64,000 bases of DNA from Mantamonas sphyraenae STR306 (GCA_026936335.1 JAPMXV010000010.1:1-64000); one strand, 5' to 3'; shown: positions 1 to 11,500, counted from the first letter of the stretch. Notes: generated by a model from the sequence alone, not told the origin. Translations and numbers: made by a program.

Positions 1-15
1 ACCCTAACCCTAACC

Positions 16-56
<41 letters not shown>

Positions 57-188
57 CCCTAACCCTAACCCTAACCCTAACCCTAACCCTAACCCTAACC
101 CTAACCCTAACCCTAACCCCTAACCCTAACCCTAACCCTAACCCTAACCCTAACCCTAACCCTAACCCTAACCCTAACCCTAACCCTA
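1..188. repeat. Telomeric repeat array (CCCTAA)n = TTAGGG type; chromosome end
   Basis: About 31 tandem CCCTAA units from base 1, with two 1-nt variants (CCCTAAA near 32-38, CCCCTAA near 117-123), ending abruptly at ...ccctattcgtg. Confidence 0.99.
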
Positions 189-453
189 TTCGTGTTCTAT
201 CGTTGATATGATGAGTCCGGTCTAGGTCAAGTGAGTTGTGCTTGTGTCTGCTGGCGAGGTGGCTGAGTTGGGTGGTGACATGGGGCAGTGGGCAATGGGT
301 GGGAGAGGAAATGTCGCTGGTGAGTGGCCGTCGTCCTGCAACGCCGCGCAGTCAGCGATGCCCATCCGCCTTCAACGAAATATCACCAACACCCACAACA
401 TCCTCCACCAGTCCAACACAATCCACATACACTCCAGTACCACCACCACCACC

Positions 454-2902
454 ATGGACAACGACTACTCAAGCACTCCGAAGCAACAACACACTCCCAA
501 CACCTACCCAGCGTGCGTTCTGCCTTCCACTCCGTTTTCTGACTGCCCGCTTCTCCCGCTTCCTTGCCTTCTCCATGCCTCTGTCGCTTCTCTCCACTCC
601 TCCCCTGCATCTTCACTTCCCCATCACCCCCGCTGCTGCCTTCACCGCTCTTCTCCGATCCCCTCTCCCCTGTCACTGCCCTCCCCGTTGCCAGTTTCCC
701 GGTCTGCCAATCTCCTCCGTTTTCCCCTCTTTGCTCGTTCCGGCCTCCCTTCACCCCCGCTTCTGCCCTGACGGCGTCCATCCCGCCTTCCGCTCACCGT
801 TCCTACCCTGCGCTGCCCCTCCCCGTCTCCCACACAGCTACGGGTACATGGTCCCTCCCATGGCTGCCCACCCGTTTCCGAACATGCTGCCCGCCTCTGG
901 CGTACAAAACCCGTACCAGCACCCGCAACCACCCATCATCTGGGTCCCTGTCAACACCCACCCGCAGCAACACCACGCATATGCTCATCAGGGCCAACCA
1001 TACTACGTCTATCCTCCTCCGCCGCCTCCTCAGCCGCGACAAACTGCCCAGATGCACTTCGCTCAGCCTGCGTTGCACCCTCCGCCTGCTCAACCCACCA
1101 CAAACCACAACTGCGTCCCCAAACGCATCAGCCCTGCCTTTGTCGGAATCACACGGACCACATCCACTACCACATCGTCGTCCTCCTCTCACCAGGGCAC
1201 ACGGCAGACTGGAGACAGCGACGACGACGACGCAGAACAGGACACACACACACATGACACCGGCGACGTGGAGGACCTGATGTTCCTGAACTTTGGCCAC
1301 CGTGAACCACGGTCAATCTCCAGCAACTCAGAGTGGATGACCAGCTCATGGATGGAGGCGTACGAAGAAGACGGCGAGGCAAACGACGCACCTCAGCAGC
1401 ACGTGGACGACGAGTTGGAAACTCAGGACACACTCAGCATTGCAGGCACTGGTGAGGCCATGGATGAGGAGTATATGCCGCATGACGACACCGACGACGA
1501 CACAGACGACATGGAACAGGAGGACACGGACGATTGGCAGCCGAGACGCACAAGCAGCAGCCGCACACGACGTCGCAGAAGCCACAACAGCCGACGCACT
1601 GGTACACAAAAGATGAAAGGCAGCGGACAGCGCAGGCTCAGGGTCACGGCTGACAGTGGCACAGAGACAGGAACGTCGAGCACACGGGCAAGGAGGGCCA
1701 AGAACGGAGACAACGGCGCACGGAAGAAAGCAGGCGTGGACAAGACGAACAAGTTGCCAGATGGTGTTGTGCGCAAGGGCTGGGCAAAGGGACCCAGTGA
1801 CGAGCGCAGCCACAGCAACAAGAAGGAGCACACGGCACTGCTGAAGCACATGCACACTCTGGCCAACGAGCATCCCATTGACGACATCCCCGAGCTCATG
1901 ACACTGCAGGCGCGTGTTGTGGTATGCCATGGCACCCAGTTGACGCTTGTCCGACAGATTCAGCTCGCTCTGGGCAACATTCCCGTTTCCCAGGGCGACA
2001 TGGCCTTCTGCCTCACCCTTCTCGGCCGTGACATGGATCAAAAGGCGTGCAGCCATGCCATCCGCGACGCTGGTCTGGCCGTGGGTGTGACAAAGGCTGG
2101 GTTGAAGGTGTGCTGGCTGGAGGAGCCACACGACCACGGTGACCCCAACTACGCCCTCCTCCACCTGCTCATGACAGAGATGGACACACTCGGCGACAGG
2201 CCCCATCCCACCAGCTGGAAGGAGCACAAGCAGACCCAGCTGTGGCTGCAGAAAGCACGACGCCCTGCTGACAACGACAGCGACCCACACTGGACACAAT
2301 GCGACTACGACCACCACCTCACCACAAACAATGTGAGAAAATGGCATCCTGAGTCTGTGCGCAGTGGCTGGGCAAAGTACAGTCCCAGCGACGAGCGCGG
2401 CAGCTGCACGGAGCGGGAGTTCCAGACGCTGCTGGCGCACATGAAGGCACGCGCAGCCCAGCACCCTCGCCATCAGCACGCACACGAGCTCCAGGCACTG
2501 CGTGAACTGATCAACAACGGCAGCCTGATGTCCCTGGTGCGACACATCATCCTTGCGTTGGGCAACGTTGGCGTGCCGCCTGTCGACCTGGCCTTCTTTG
2601 TCCGTCTCCTCAGGCCACACGTCACCTGCAGGCAGGTGCAAATTGCCATCAGCAAAACCCTCAGCCGCGGTGTCACCTCCCTCTCCCTCAAGATCGCCTG
2701 GCTCGACAACCCCCGACCCAGCGACGCCACACTGCACATCCTCCTCCACAACCTCATCGACCGCATCACACCCCACATCATCACACGTCCCACCACCCCC
2801 GCACTCGTCAACGCCTACCCCATCCCCTCCTTCACCCTCGCCAAGCGCAAAGACCCTTCCTCCTCCTCCTCCTCCTCCTCCAAACGCCAGCGCCTCGAAT
2901 GA
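454..2902 (+). CDS. Subtelomeric family protein, copy 1 (Pro/Gln/Tyr-rich N-term, acidic tract, 2 repeats of an unrecognised domain, C-terminal bipartite NLS)
   Basis: ATG 454 (MDNDYSS). GT-AG intron 513-837 (gtgcgt...ctcac...cacacag) joins in frame to the 236..2902 ORF. The same structure is conserved in the paralogue. Confidence 0.8.
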
Positions 2903-3201
2903 ACCACCCCTTCATTCCCACACCCTTACCACTCACCCTCTCCTCCGCACCCAATCACCCTCTCTATCACCTCATCTGGCAGTGTCACCCACCCTCCCCA
3001 CACTCTCTCCTCCACATACTCCTCCATCCCACCACACCCAAACATTGCCTCCCCCTCCTCCCCATTCATCACCAACCCGTCTCTTTAGCCTCGTACACCT
3101 GTGCACCCCACCCATCCGCCTTCAACCAAAGTGTCACCAACACCCACAACTCCCTCCACCAGTCCAACACAATCCGCATACACTCCAGTACCACCACCAC
3201 C

Positions 3202-6200
3202 ATGGACAAAGACTACTCAAGCACTCCGAAGCAACAACACCCACCCAACACCTACCTAGCGTGCGTTCTGCCTTCCACTCCGTTTTCTGACTGCCCGCTT
3301 CTTCCGCTTCCTTGCCTCCTCCATGCCTCCGTCGCTTCCCTGCACTCCTCACCTGCATCTTCACTTCCCCATCACCACCGCTGCTGTCTCCTCCGCTCTT
3401 CTCCGATTCCCTTTATCCTGTCACTGCCCTCCCCGTTGCCAGTTTCCCGGTCGGCCAACCTCCTCCGTTTTTCCCTCTCTGCTCGTTCCAGCCTATTTTC
3501 ACCCCCGCTTCTGTTCTACCGGCGTCAATTCCGCCTTCCGCTCACCGTTCCCACTCCATCTTCCCCCTCCCGTCTTCCCCACAGCTATGCGTACATGGTC
3601 CCTCCCATGGCTGCCCAGCCGTTTCCGAACATGCTGCCCGTCTCTGGCGTACAAAGCCCGTACCAGCACCCACAACCACCCATCATCTGGGTCCCTGTCA
3701 ACACCCCCTTCCAGCAGCACACCGCATATGCTCATCAGAGTCACCCATACTACGCCTACCCTCCTCCGCCGCCTCCTCAGCCGCGACAAACCGCGCAGGT
3801 GCACGTCGCTCAGCCTCCGTCGCACCCTCCGCCTGCTCAACCCACCACAAACCACAATCGCGTCCGCAAACGCGTCAGCCCTGCCTTTGTTGGCATCACA
3901 CGGACCACATCCACCACCACATCGTCGTCCTCCTCCCACCAGGCCACACGGCAGACTGGAGACAGCGACGACGACGACGCAGACCAGGACACACCCACAC
4001 AAGACACCGGCGACGTGGAGGACCTGATGTTCCTGAACTTTGGCCACCGTGAACCACGGTCAATCTCCAGCAACTCAGAGTGGATGACCAGTTCATGGAT
4101 GGAGGCGTATGAAGAAAACGGCGAGGCAAACGACGCAACCCAGCAGCACGTGGAAGACCAATTGGAAACTCATGGCCCGCTCAGTTTTGCAGACACAGGT
4201 GATACTATGGATGAGGAGTACATGCCGCAAGAAGACAGCGATGACGACGCAGACGACATAGAGCAGGAGGGCACGGACGAGTGGCAACCGAGACGCACAA
4301 GTGGAGGCCACAGACGAGGCAGAGACCACAACAGCCGACGTTCTGGTCCACAGAAGATGAAAGGCAGCGGACAGAGCAGGCTCAGGGTCACGGCTGGCAG
4401 TCGCACCGAGACAGGAACGTCGAGCACACGGGCAAGGAGGGCCAAGAACGGAGACAACGGCGCACGGAAGAAATCAAGCGAAGACAAGACGAACAAGTTG
4501 CCACATGGAGTTGTGCGCAAAGGGTGGTCAGTGGGACACAGCGACGAACGCAGCCACAGCAACAAGGAGGAGCACGCAGCACTGCTGATCCACATGCACA
4601 CCCTGGCCAACGAGCATCCCATCGACGACATCCCCGACCTCATGACCCTGCAGGCGCGTGTTGTGGTCTGCCATGGCACCCTGTTGACGCTGGTCCGACA
4701 GATTCTGCTCGCTCTGGGCAACATTCCCCTCTCCCAGGGCGACATGGCCTTCTGTCTCACCCTTCTCGGCCGTGACGTGGGTCACAACGAGTGCAGACTC
4801 GCCATCCTCAAAGCTGGTCTGGCCATGGGTGTGACAAAGGCTGGGTTGAAGGTGTGCTGGCTGGAGGAGCCACACGACCACGGCAACCCCAACTACGCCC
4901 TCCTCCACCTGCTCATGACAGAAATGGACACCCTCGGCGACAGGCCCCATCCCACCACCTGGAAGGAGCACGAGCAGACCCAGCTGTTGCTGCAGAAAGC
5001 ACGACGCCCTGCTGACAACGACAGCGACCCACACTGGACACAATGCGAGTACGACCACCACCTCACCACCACCAACGTGGACAAGTGGCATCCTGAGTCT
5101 GTGCGCAGTGGCTGGTGCATCACTCCGTACAACGACGAGCGTGGCAGTTGCACGGCGCGGGAGTTCCAGACGCTGCTGGCACACATGAAGGCACGCGCAG
5201 CCAAGTACCCTCGCCATCAGCACTCACACGAGTACCAGTCACTTCGTGAGCTGATCAACAACGGCAGCCTGCTGTCCCTGCTGCGACACATCATCCTTGC
5301 GCTGGGCAACGTTGGCGTCCCGCCTGTCGACCTGGCCTTCTTCGTCCGCCTCCTTAGGCCACATCTCACCTACAAGCATGTGAATGGTGCCATCAGCGCC
5401 ACCCTCACCCGTGGCGTCACCCCCCTCTCCCTCAAGATCGCCTGGCTCGACAACCCCAAACCCAGCGACGCCACACTGCACACCCTCCTCCACACCCTCA
5501 TCGACCGCATCACACCCCACATCAACACACGCCCCACCACTTTCGCACTCGTCAACGCTCTCCGCATTCCCGAGCTTGTCCTTCCTGAGCCAACAGAGGA
5601 AGAGATGATGGCCGTGGACGATGGACTGCCAGATGGCGTTGTGCGAAGTGGCTGGACAAAGTGGCGCAAGAGCGAGCGCAGCCGCAGCAATAGGAAAGAG
5701 CACACGGCACTGCTGAACCACATGCGCACCCTGGCCAACGAGCATCCCATTGACCGCATCACGGACCTCATGACCCTACAAGCGCGTGTTGTGGTCTGCC
5801 ATGGCACCCTGAACACGCTGGTCCGACAGATTCAGCTCGCTCTGGGCAGCATTTCCCTTTCCCAGGGCGACATGGCCTTCTTTCTCACCCTTCTCGGCCG
5901 AGATGTGGATCAAGAAGCGTGCAGACTCGCCATCCACGACGCCGGTCTGGCCATGGGTGTGACAAAGGATGGGTTGAAGGTGTGCTGGCTGGAGGAGCCA
6001 CACGACCACGGCAACCCCAACTACGCCCTTCTCCACCTCATCATGACAGAGATGGACACTCTTGGCGACAGGCCCCATCCCACCACCTGGAAGGAGCACA
6101 AGCAGACCCAGCTGTTGCTGCAGAAAGCACGACGCCCTGCTGACAACGACAGCGACCCACACTGGACACAATGCGAGTACGACCACCACCTCACCACCAC

Positions 6201-6792
6201 CAACGTGGACAAGTGGCATCCTGAGTCTGTGCGCAGTGGCTGGTGCATCACTCCGTACAACGACGAGCGTGGCAGTTGCACGGCGCGGGAGTTCCAGACG
6301 CTGCTGGCACACATGAAGGCACGCGCAGCCAAGTACCCTCGCCATCAGCACTCACACGAGTACCAGTCACTTCGTGAGCTGATCAACAACGGCAGCCTGC
6401 TGTCCCTGCTGCGACACATCATCCTTGCGCTGGGCAACGTTGGCGTCCCGCCTGTCGACCTGGCCTTCTTCGTCCGCCTCCTTAGGCCACATCTCACCTA
6501 CAAGCATGTGAATGGTGCCATCAGCGCCACCCTCACCCGTGGCGTCACCCCCCTCTCCCTCAAGATCGCCTGGCTCGACAACCCCAAACCCAGCGACGCC
6601 ACACTGCACACCCTCCTCCACACACTCATCGACCGCATCACACCGCACATCACCACCCGCCCTACCACCACCGCACTGGTCAACGCCTACCCCATCCCCT
6701 CCTTCACCCTGCCCAAGCGCAAAGACCCTTCCTCCTCCTCCTCCTCCTCCTCCTCCTCCTCCTCCTCCTCCAAACGCCAACGCCTCGAATGA
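3202..6792 (+). CDS. Subtelomeric family protein, copy 2 (4 repeats of the same domain)
   Basis: ATG 3202 (MDKDYSS), homologous intron 3261-3584, ORF to 6792; contains an internal 1128-bp duplication. Confidence 0.8.
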   Translation: MDKDYSSTPKQQHPPNTYLACVLPSTPFSDCPLLPLPCLLHASVASLHSSPASSLPHHHRCCLLRSSPIPFILSLPSPLPVSRSANLLRFSLSARSSLFSPPLLFYRRQFRLPLTVPTPSSPSRLPHSYAYMVPPMAAQPFPNMLPVSGVQSPYQHPQPPIIWVPVNTPFQQHTAYAHQSHPYYAYPPPPPPQPRQTAQVHVAQPPSHPPPAQPTTNHNRVRKRVSPAFVGITRTTSTTTSSSSSHQATRQTGDSDDDDADQDTPTQDTGDVEDLMFLNFGHREPRSISSNSEWMTSSWMEAYEENGEANDATQQHVEDQLETHGPLSFADTGDTMDEEYMPQEDSDDDADDIEQEGTDEWQPRRTSGGHRRGRDHNSRRSGPQKMKGSGQSRLRVTAGSRTETGTSSTRARRAKNGDNGARKKSSEDKTNKLPHGVVRKGWSVGHSDERSHSNKEEHAALLIHMHTLANEHPIDDIPDLMTLQARVVVCHGTLLTLVRQILLALGNIPLSQGDMAFCLTLLGRDVGHNECRLAILKAGLAMGVTKAGLKVCWLEEPHDHGNPNYALLHLLMTEMDTLGDRPHPTTWKEHEQTQLLLQKARRPADNDSDPHWTQCEYDHHLTTTNVDKWHPESVRSGWCITPYNDERGSCTAREFQTLLAHMKARAAKYPRHQHSHEYQSLRELINNGSLLSLLRHIILALGNVGVPPVDLAFFVRLLRPHLTYKHVNGAISATLTRGVTPLSLKIAWLDNPKPSDATLHTLLHTLIDRITPHINTRPTTFALVNALRIPELVLPEPTEEEMMAVDDGLPDGVVRSGWTKWRKSERSRSNRKEHTALLNHMRTLANEHPIDRITDLMTLQARVVVCHGTLNTLVRQIQLALGSISLSQGDMAFFLTLLGRDVDQEACRLAIHDAGLAMGVTKDGLKVCWLEEPHDHGNPNYALLHLIMTEMDTLGDRPHPTTWKEHKQTQLLLQKARRPADNDSDPHWTQCEYDHHLTTTNVDKWHPESVRSGWCITPYNDERGSCTAREFQTLLAHMKARAAKYPRHQHSHEYQSLRELINNGSLLSLLRHIILALGNVGVPPVDLAFFVRLLRPHLTYKHVNGAISATLTRGVTPLSLKIAWLDNPKPSDATLHTLLHTLIDRITPHITTRPTTTALVNAYPIPSFTLPKRKDPSSSSSSSSSSSSSSKRQRLE
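4498..6673 (+). repeat. Intragenic direct repeat with 1128-bp (376-aa) period
   Basis: For example 5041 caatgcgagtacgaccacc recurs at 6169. Antisense ORFs 4893..5204 and 6021..6332 are near-identical at offset 1128. Confidence 0.95.
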
Positions 6793-6822
6793 ACCACCCC
6801 TTCATTCCCACACCCTCCCCAC

Positions 6823-8438
6823 TCACTCTCCCCTCCCCACCCACCCAATCACCCTCTCCATCACCTCATCTGGCAGTGTCACCCACCCATCCCACCCTCC
6901 CCGCTCCACATACCCCTCCATCCCACCACACTCAAACATCACCTCCCTCTCCTCACCATTCATCACCAACGCCACCTCCATCGCCTCATCCACCTCCTTC
7001 CCACACTTCACCCAATGCCACTCTCTCCTCCATACCTTCTCCCTGATGATCCCCATGGACGTCCTGCGCACTCGAGCTCCCCAAGCCCGCAACAGCCCAA
7101 CAGCTGCGTCCCTTTCCTCACCGAGCGCCGAGTCCAGTGCGCTCACCTGCCTCGGACACGCGTTTACGTTTACGCCCCACACCTTGAGCATCGCCATCAC
7201 CTCCACATCTCCTGTCCCTGCTGCCGCCACGAAAGCTTCAGCTTTCGCACGATTCTCCCTTTGCGTCGCCTGTGCCTTTGAACTTGTCACCCCTTTCAGC
7301 TTCCAGCATGTCCGATTCCTCTTCATAGCTTCCTCCAACGCGGTCTCTCCGACAGACGTCGACTGGTTCCTCCCCACGTCAAGCACACAAATGCTTTGGA
7401 TTCCCTTTGCCATTGCTGCCAGCCCCACATCTCCAATCCGATTCCCGTACACGCTCAGTTCCTCGATTGTGCTGCTCTCTCCCATTCCTCTTCCCAGCGA
7501 AGCAGCTCCATCATCTCCAATGCCGTTGCTCGCCAGTGAAAGTTTTGCCAGACGCGCACCTTTCCCCAGGGCCCTCCCAAACTCAGCTGCCCCATCATCC
7601 CCCACCGCGTTGTTGTCCAGATACAGCGACTCCAGATACTCGTTGCTAACCAGTGCATGCGCCAACGCCTCTGCTGCCTTGTTCCCCAGGCGGTTCGACC
7701 GCAGCGTGAGAGTTCGCAAGCGAGATCCCTCCAGTCCCAGCGCCAACTCTACGCCCACGCCATCCTCGATCTGATTGTAGTCCAAGTGCAAGACTTCCAG
7801 GTGTCGGTTCTCCTTCAGGTCCTGGCCCAGCACGCCCGCGCCTTCCTTGACAAAGTTGTTTTGCAGGCTGAGGTGCTGCAGCGACGAATTCACCGCCAGG
7901 GCCCTCCCAATCGCCTCGCCTCCCTTCGCCCCAATATTGTTGTGGTCCAAAAACAGCAGCTGCAGCGCGCTGTCCCCCTGCAGGAGCATTGCCAAGGCCC
8001 CTGTGCCCGAGTCGCCGATACCGTTGTGGCTCAAGCTCAGCCCCTGAAGCACACAGTTCCCCACCAACCCGTTGCACAACACATCCACCTCTGTATCGCC
8101 TAAGCAATTGTTATCCAACGTGAGCACCTGCAATGTCCAACCAACCGCAGCCTTGGCCAACGAGACCATCCCTCCTCCCTCCCCGAGTCCGCACCGAGAC
8201 GCGTGCATCCTCCTCACCGACGTAGTGCGCATCAACGCCTTTCCCAACACCTCCCACCCCTGTTCTCCGAGATGCAATCCACTCACTTTCACGTCCTGGC
8301 CCCCCTGTTAGTCCACACCCTCTCTCCAGCTCTCCCACCCCAACGTACCTCCCCGGCCTCAGCCAAAGCTTTCTCCACCTCCCCATCATCCCGCTCCAAC
8401 AATTCCTTCCACTTGGTCACTCCTCTACCGCTATTCAT
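6823..8438 (-). CDS. RI-like leucine-rich repeat protein with ankyrin repeats and a C-terminal F-box-like motif
   Basis: About ten 28-aa LxxLxLxxNxIGDxGAxxLAxAL repeats, then AAAGTGDVEVMAMLKVWGVNVNA (ANK), ending WVTLPDEVMERVIGW. ATG 8438; a 44-nt intron 8348-8305 (GTACGT...ACTAACAG) restores the frame. Confidence 0.8.
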
Positions 8439-8531
8439 GCCACTTGCCAAGTGCGATTCGATTGAACTAGCGCCTGTATGCGGCGCGAGGTGTTTTGAAA
8501 AATACAATTCACTTGCCCCCGCCCGCGCAAC

Positions 8532-11500
8532 CTACACCCCCCCGTTCACCACAAAGTCCCCGCTCATCATCAACGGATACCCCAGCGGCGGCTGACCCGC
8601 CTCAATCACCATGTTCTTCAACAACATCCGGTTGCTCTGAATCGCATACCGCTCCTCGTCGTCTGCCGCCAGAAACATCAGCTCCACCCCCATCCACCCC
8701 CACCCGCCACGCACTGCCTCGTACTCCACCCGCCCCACCTCCACCTGTTGCTCGCTCATCGTCAGCATTTCTGCCTCAAACACCCCCATCTCGTCCGCTG
8801 CCTGCCCCACCCGCCACAGCTTCTCCGTGTGCCGCCCCAGCGCGCGCGCCCACTCCTCCTCTTCACCCGCTACACCCACAAACAACTCCTTATCATACTC
8901 TTCCAGCTGTTCCTCCACCTCGTCCTCTGTCTCCCACCCGCCGTACACCAGGCCGTCCACCGCAAGCTTGAACGCGTACCGATAGGCCTTGACGCACGCC
9001 CGACGCACACGCTCGCTCTCCAGCACACGGCCCAGCCCTATCGACGGCGGAAAGTTTCCCTGCAGACAATTCCACACGTGGCCCTTGCCCGCCACCCCGG
9101 CTTTGAACCCCAGCGGAAACGGCTCCCGGTGCGTCAACACAAACAAGCTCGCCGCCATCTTGGCAATCCCATCACGCCTCCCCTCCTCCGCTTTGTCCAC
9201 CATCTGCTTCGGCATCTGCTCCGCGGTCCTTCCCGCGTACTCCACAGCTGCTTCCTCCGAAAGCCGCACCAACTCCTGTTCGCCACCGTCTTTGCGTAGC
9301 ACATACACCAACGCCTGCAAGAACCGTTCCGGGATCTCCTCAAGCACCTCGGGGCTGTCGATGATCCCTGTCAGCACCATCTTGCTCTGTGAGTAGGTCC
9401 TCAGCGTGATTTGCGTTCGCGCACGCAACACTGACCAGAAAAACTGGTTCCGCGTCGAGTAGAATCCGTTGTTCCCTGCCCGTGCATCCTCTCCGTCCCC
9501 CGTCCGCTTCGCAGACGCATGCTCAAACACGTCGTCCACACGCCCAGCTTCCACTGCGTGGCATGACGTCTGCTGAAGTTCCAGACCCTTTACCACAAGC
9601 ACATACGCCTCATGGTGCCTCTCCAGCACCTGCACCCATAGAATACGTGTTTGGTGCCTCAGCAGCAGCGTACACCCCGGCTGCACGTCCCCCGCCGCTC
9701 CGCTACGCAGCTTCGACACAAGTCGCGGCACAAGCTGCGGCAGCAGATGCAGGTAGAACGACGCATCCTCCCCGCTGCTTTCCTCGCCGTTCCCTTCCGC
9801 CCAGTGCCGCACCGGCCGTGCAAACCCCACCAGGAACAGCGGCAGGCCAAACACAGGCAGCAACGGTGCGTCCAAAGCGGCACCAATCAAAATCACCAGG
9901 GCTGTCACCGGCGCAGCCGCATACACTCGCTTCAGCATCCCGGACGTGTTGCGCACACGCGCCTTTGGTTCGTGCGCCAGAGAGTGTCCCGCAAGCACCA
10001 CAAAGAACGTCTTGTGCACTATCTGCGACCCACGGTGCAGCGCGAGGCCAACCAAACACAACCACACTTCGAGCTCCACACTCACCGCCGCCTGTGTCAG
10101 CAACGCCACCCCAACCTCCATCCCGGCCCACGTGCTCGCGTGCCACGGCCAACGAACCGCGCGGCACACGAGCAGCACCTGCCACCACGTAGACGCCCTG
10201 CGCACCTCCAGGCTAACCACAACCACGCATAGCACCGCGGTCACCTTGTCCAGCACACGGTACACCTTGCCCAGCGTCTCTCGCTGCCCCCGTTTCACGA
10301 CCCCATTTCGCCACAGACCGCCCACCACGAATGGCTGCTGCAGGTGTTCGCTTGCCCACTGCACACACGTCACACACAGCACCACAATCCCTTCCACCTG
10401 TGCGTCGTGCCAAGCCACAAGCTGGCCGAGAACCCCGCTCACAACTCCCAGCAGTATTGCCACGCACACGTGCAGCCCCGCCGCCTTGAACCTCTCTGCA
10501 GGCGTGCTACGCATTGCCACCAGCACACTGTGCGCCGTCGCACTGCCGTACCCATCCACGGCCGCAACTGTGTTGCCGTTGCCCGTCGTCGTGCTCACCG
10601 TCAGCAGACCACCGCCCCACGCTGCATTGCTCGCCAAAAGGTACGATGTACACACGCACACAGGCACCGTCAACGCGCCCAGCACGCCAGACAGCTGCCA
10701 CAGCACTACCACGCTGCCGCCTCCAACCGCAAGCATCGCCGCTTGACGCGCATTCGTTGCCGCCGCCGTTCCTCCCAGCACACGCACATTCACCTGCTCG
10801 CATGCCCACGCCATCAACGCGTCGGCCTGTGGCAGCATCCCTGCCACGTACAGCACCGGCACAGCCGCTGCCACCCACAATGCTGCCTCGCTTGTCCCAC
10901 TCACAAACGCCCCGATACCCGCAATAATGATATGATACACAGCCCGCGAGAACCGCGACACCTGTAGCCGCCCTGCAGCATTGTACACGTTTGCATCCAC
11001 GGGCTCTCGCCCCACCAGACCCCACGTCGAGCTCGCCACTGCCAGCCACGCAAGCACCACTCCCGCCACGTGCCAGTCCAGCGCAAACATGCTTGCCAGC
11101 AGCACCATCCCCGCATGCATCAAAAACCCAAACACGCAGCTTGCCACCACAACCCACCACGCACGCGCTTCCCCCAGCGCAAAGTCCCACGCCGACGATC
11201 CAAATTCCCCGCCAAACGCCCACACCGCCTCGTCCGATATCACTGCTTGCAGCGACTCCACCTCTCCAACCTTGGCACCTGCCCCGCGCGGACGCACAGC
11301 CTCCACGGCAAGCACAAGCAGCAACGCAACCCCTGCGGCACACAGCACACAGCCCGCCTCGTCAGTAACGGCTTTGCATCACACCTCCCCACACTCCCCA
11401 CCACTCACCTCCGCCCACCAGCGACCCTTCCACGCGTCCAAGCACGCCCAGCTGTACCAGAAGCGTGCACACCACTCCGCTCACAAACGGAACCCCCTGC

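Larger units (their letters stand above)
361..6970 (+). repeat. Subtelomeric tandem segmental duplication (unit 1 about 361-3110; unit 2 about 3111-6970)
   Basis: cccatccgccttcaac...caccaacacccacaac begins both units (361 and 3111). Exon 1, intron, CDS and the post-stop sequence (2903-3075 vs 6793-6970) are collinear and highly similar. Confidence 0.95.

Noticed and set aside
205-270. C/D snoRNA or hammerhead ribozyme near the telomere (ATGATGA...CTGA)
   Set aside because: No terminal stem, and the hammerhead core CTGATGA...GAAA with paired arms is absent.
236-837. N-terminal extensions of ORFs 236..2902 and 2899..6792
   Set aside because: They are read-through of UTR and intron sequence. 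A conserved ATG plus GT-AG intron (325 nt vs 324 nt) explains both copies better.
361-6970. Telomere-associated retrotransposon or DNA transposon
   Set aside because: No RT, endonuclease, DDE transposase or helicase motifs, no LTR/TIR/poly-A, and the genes contain a spliceosomal intron.
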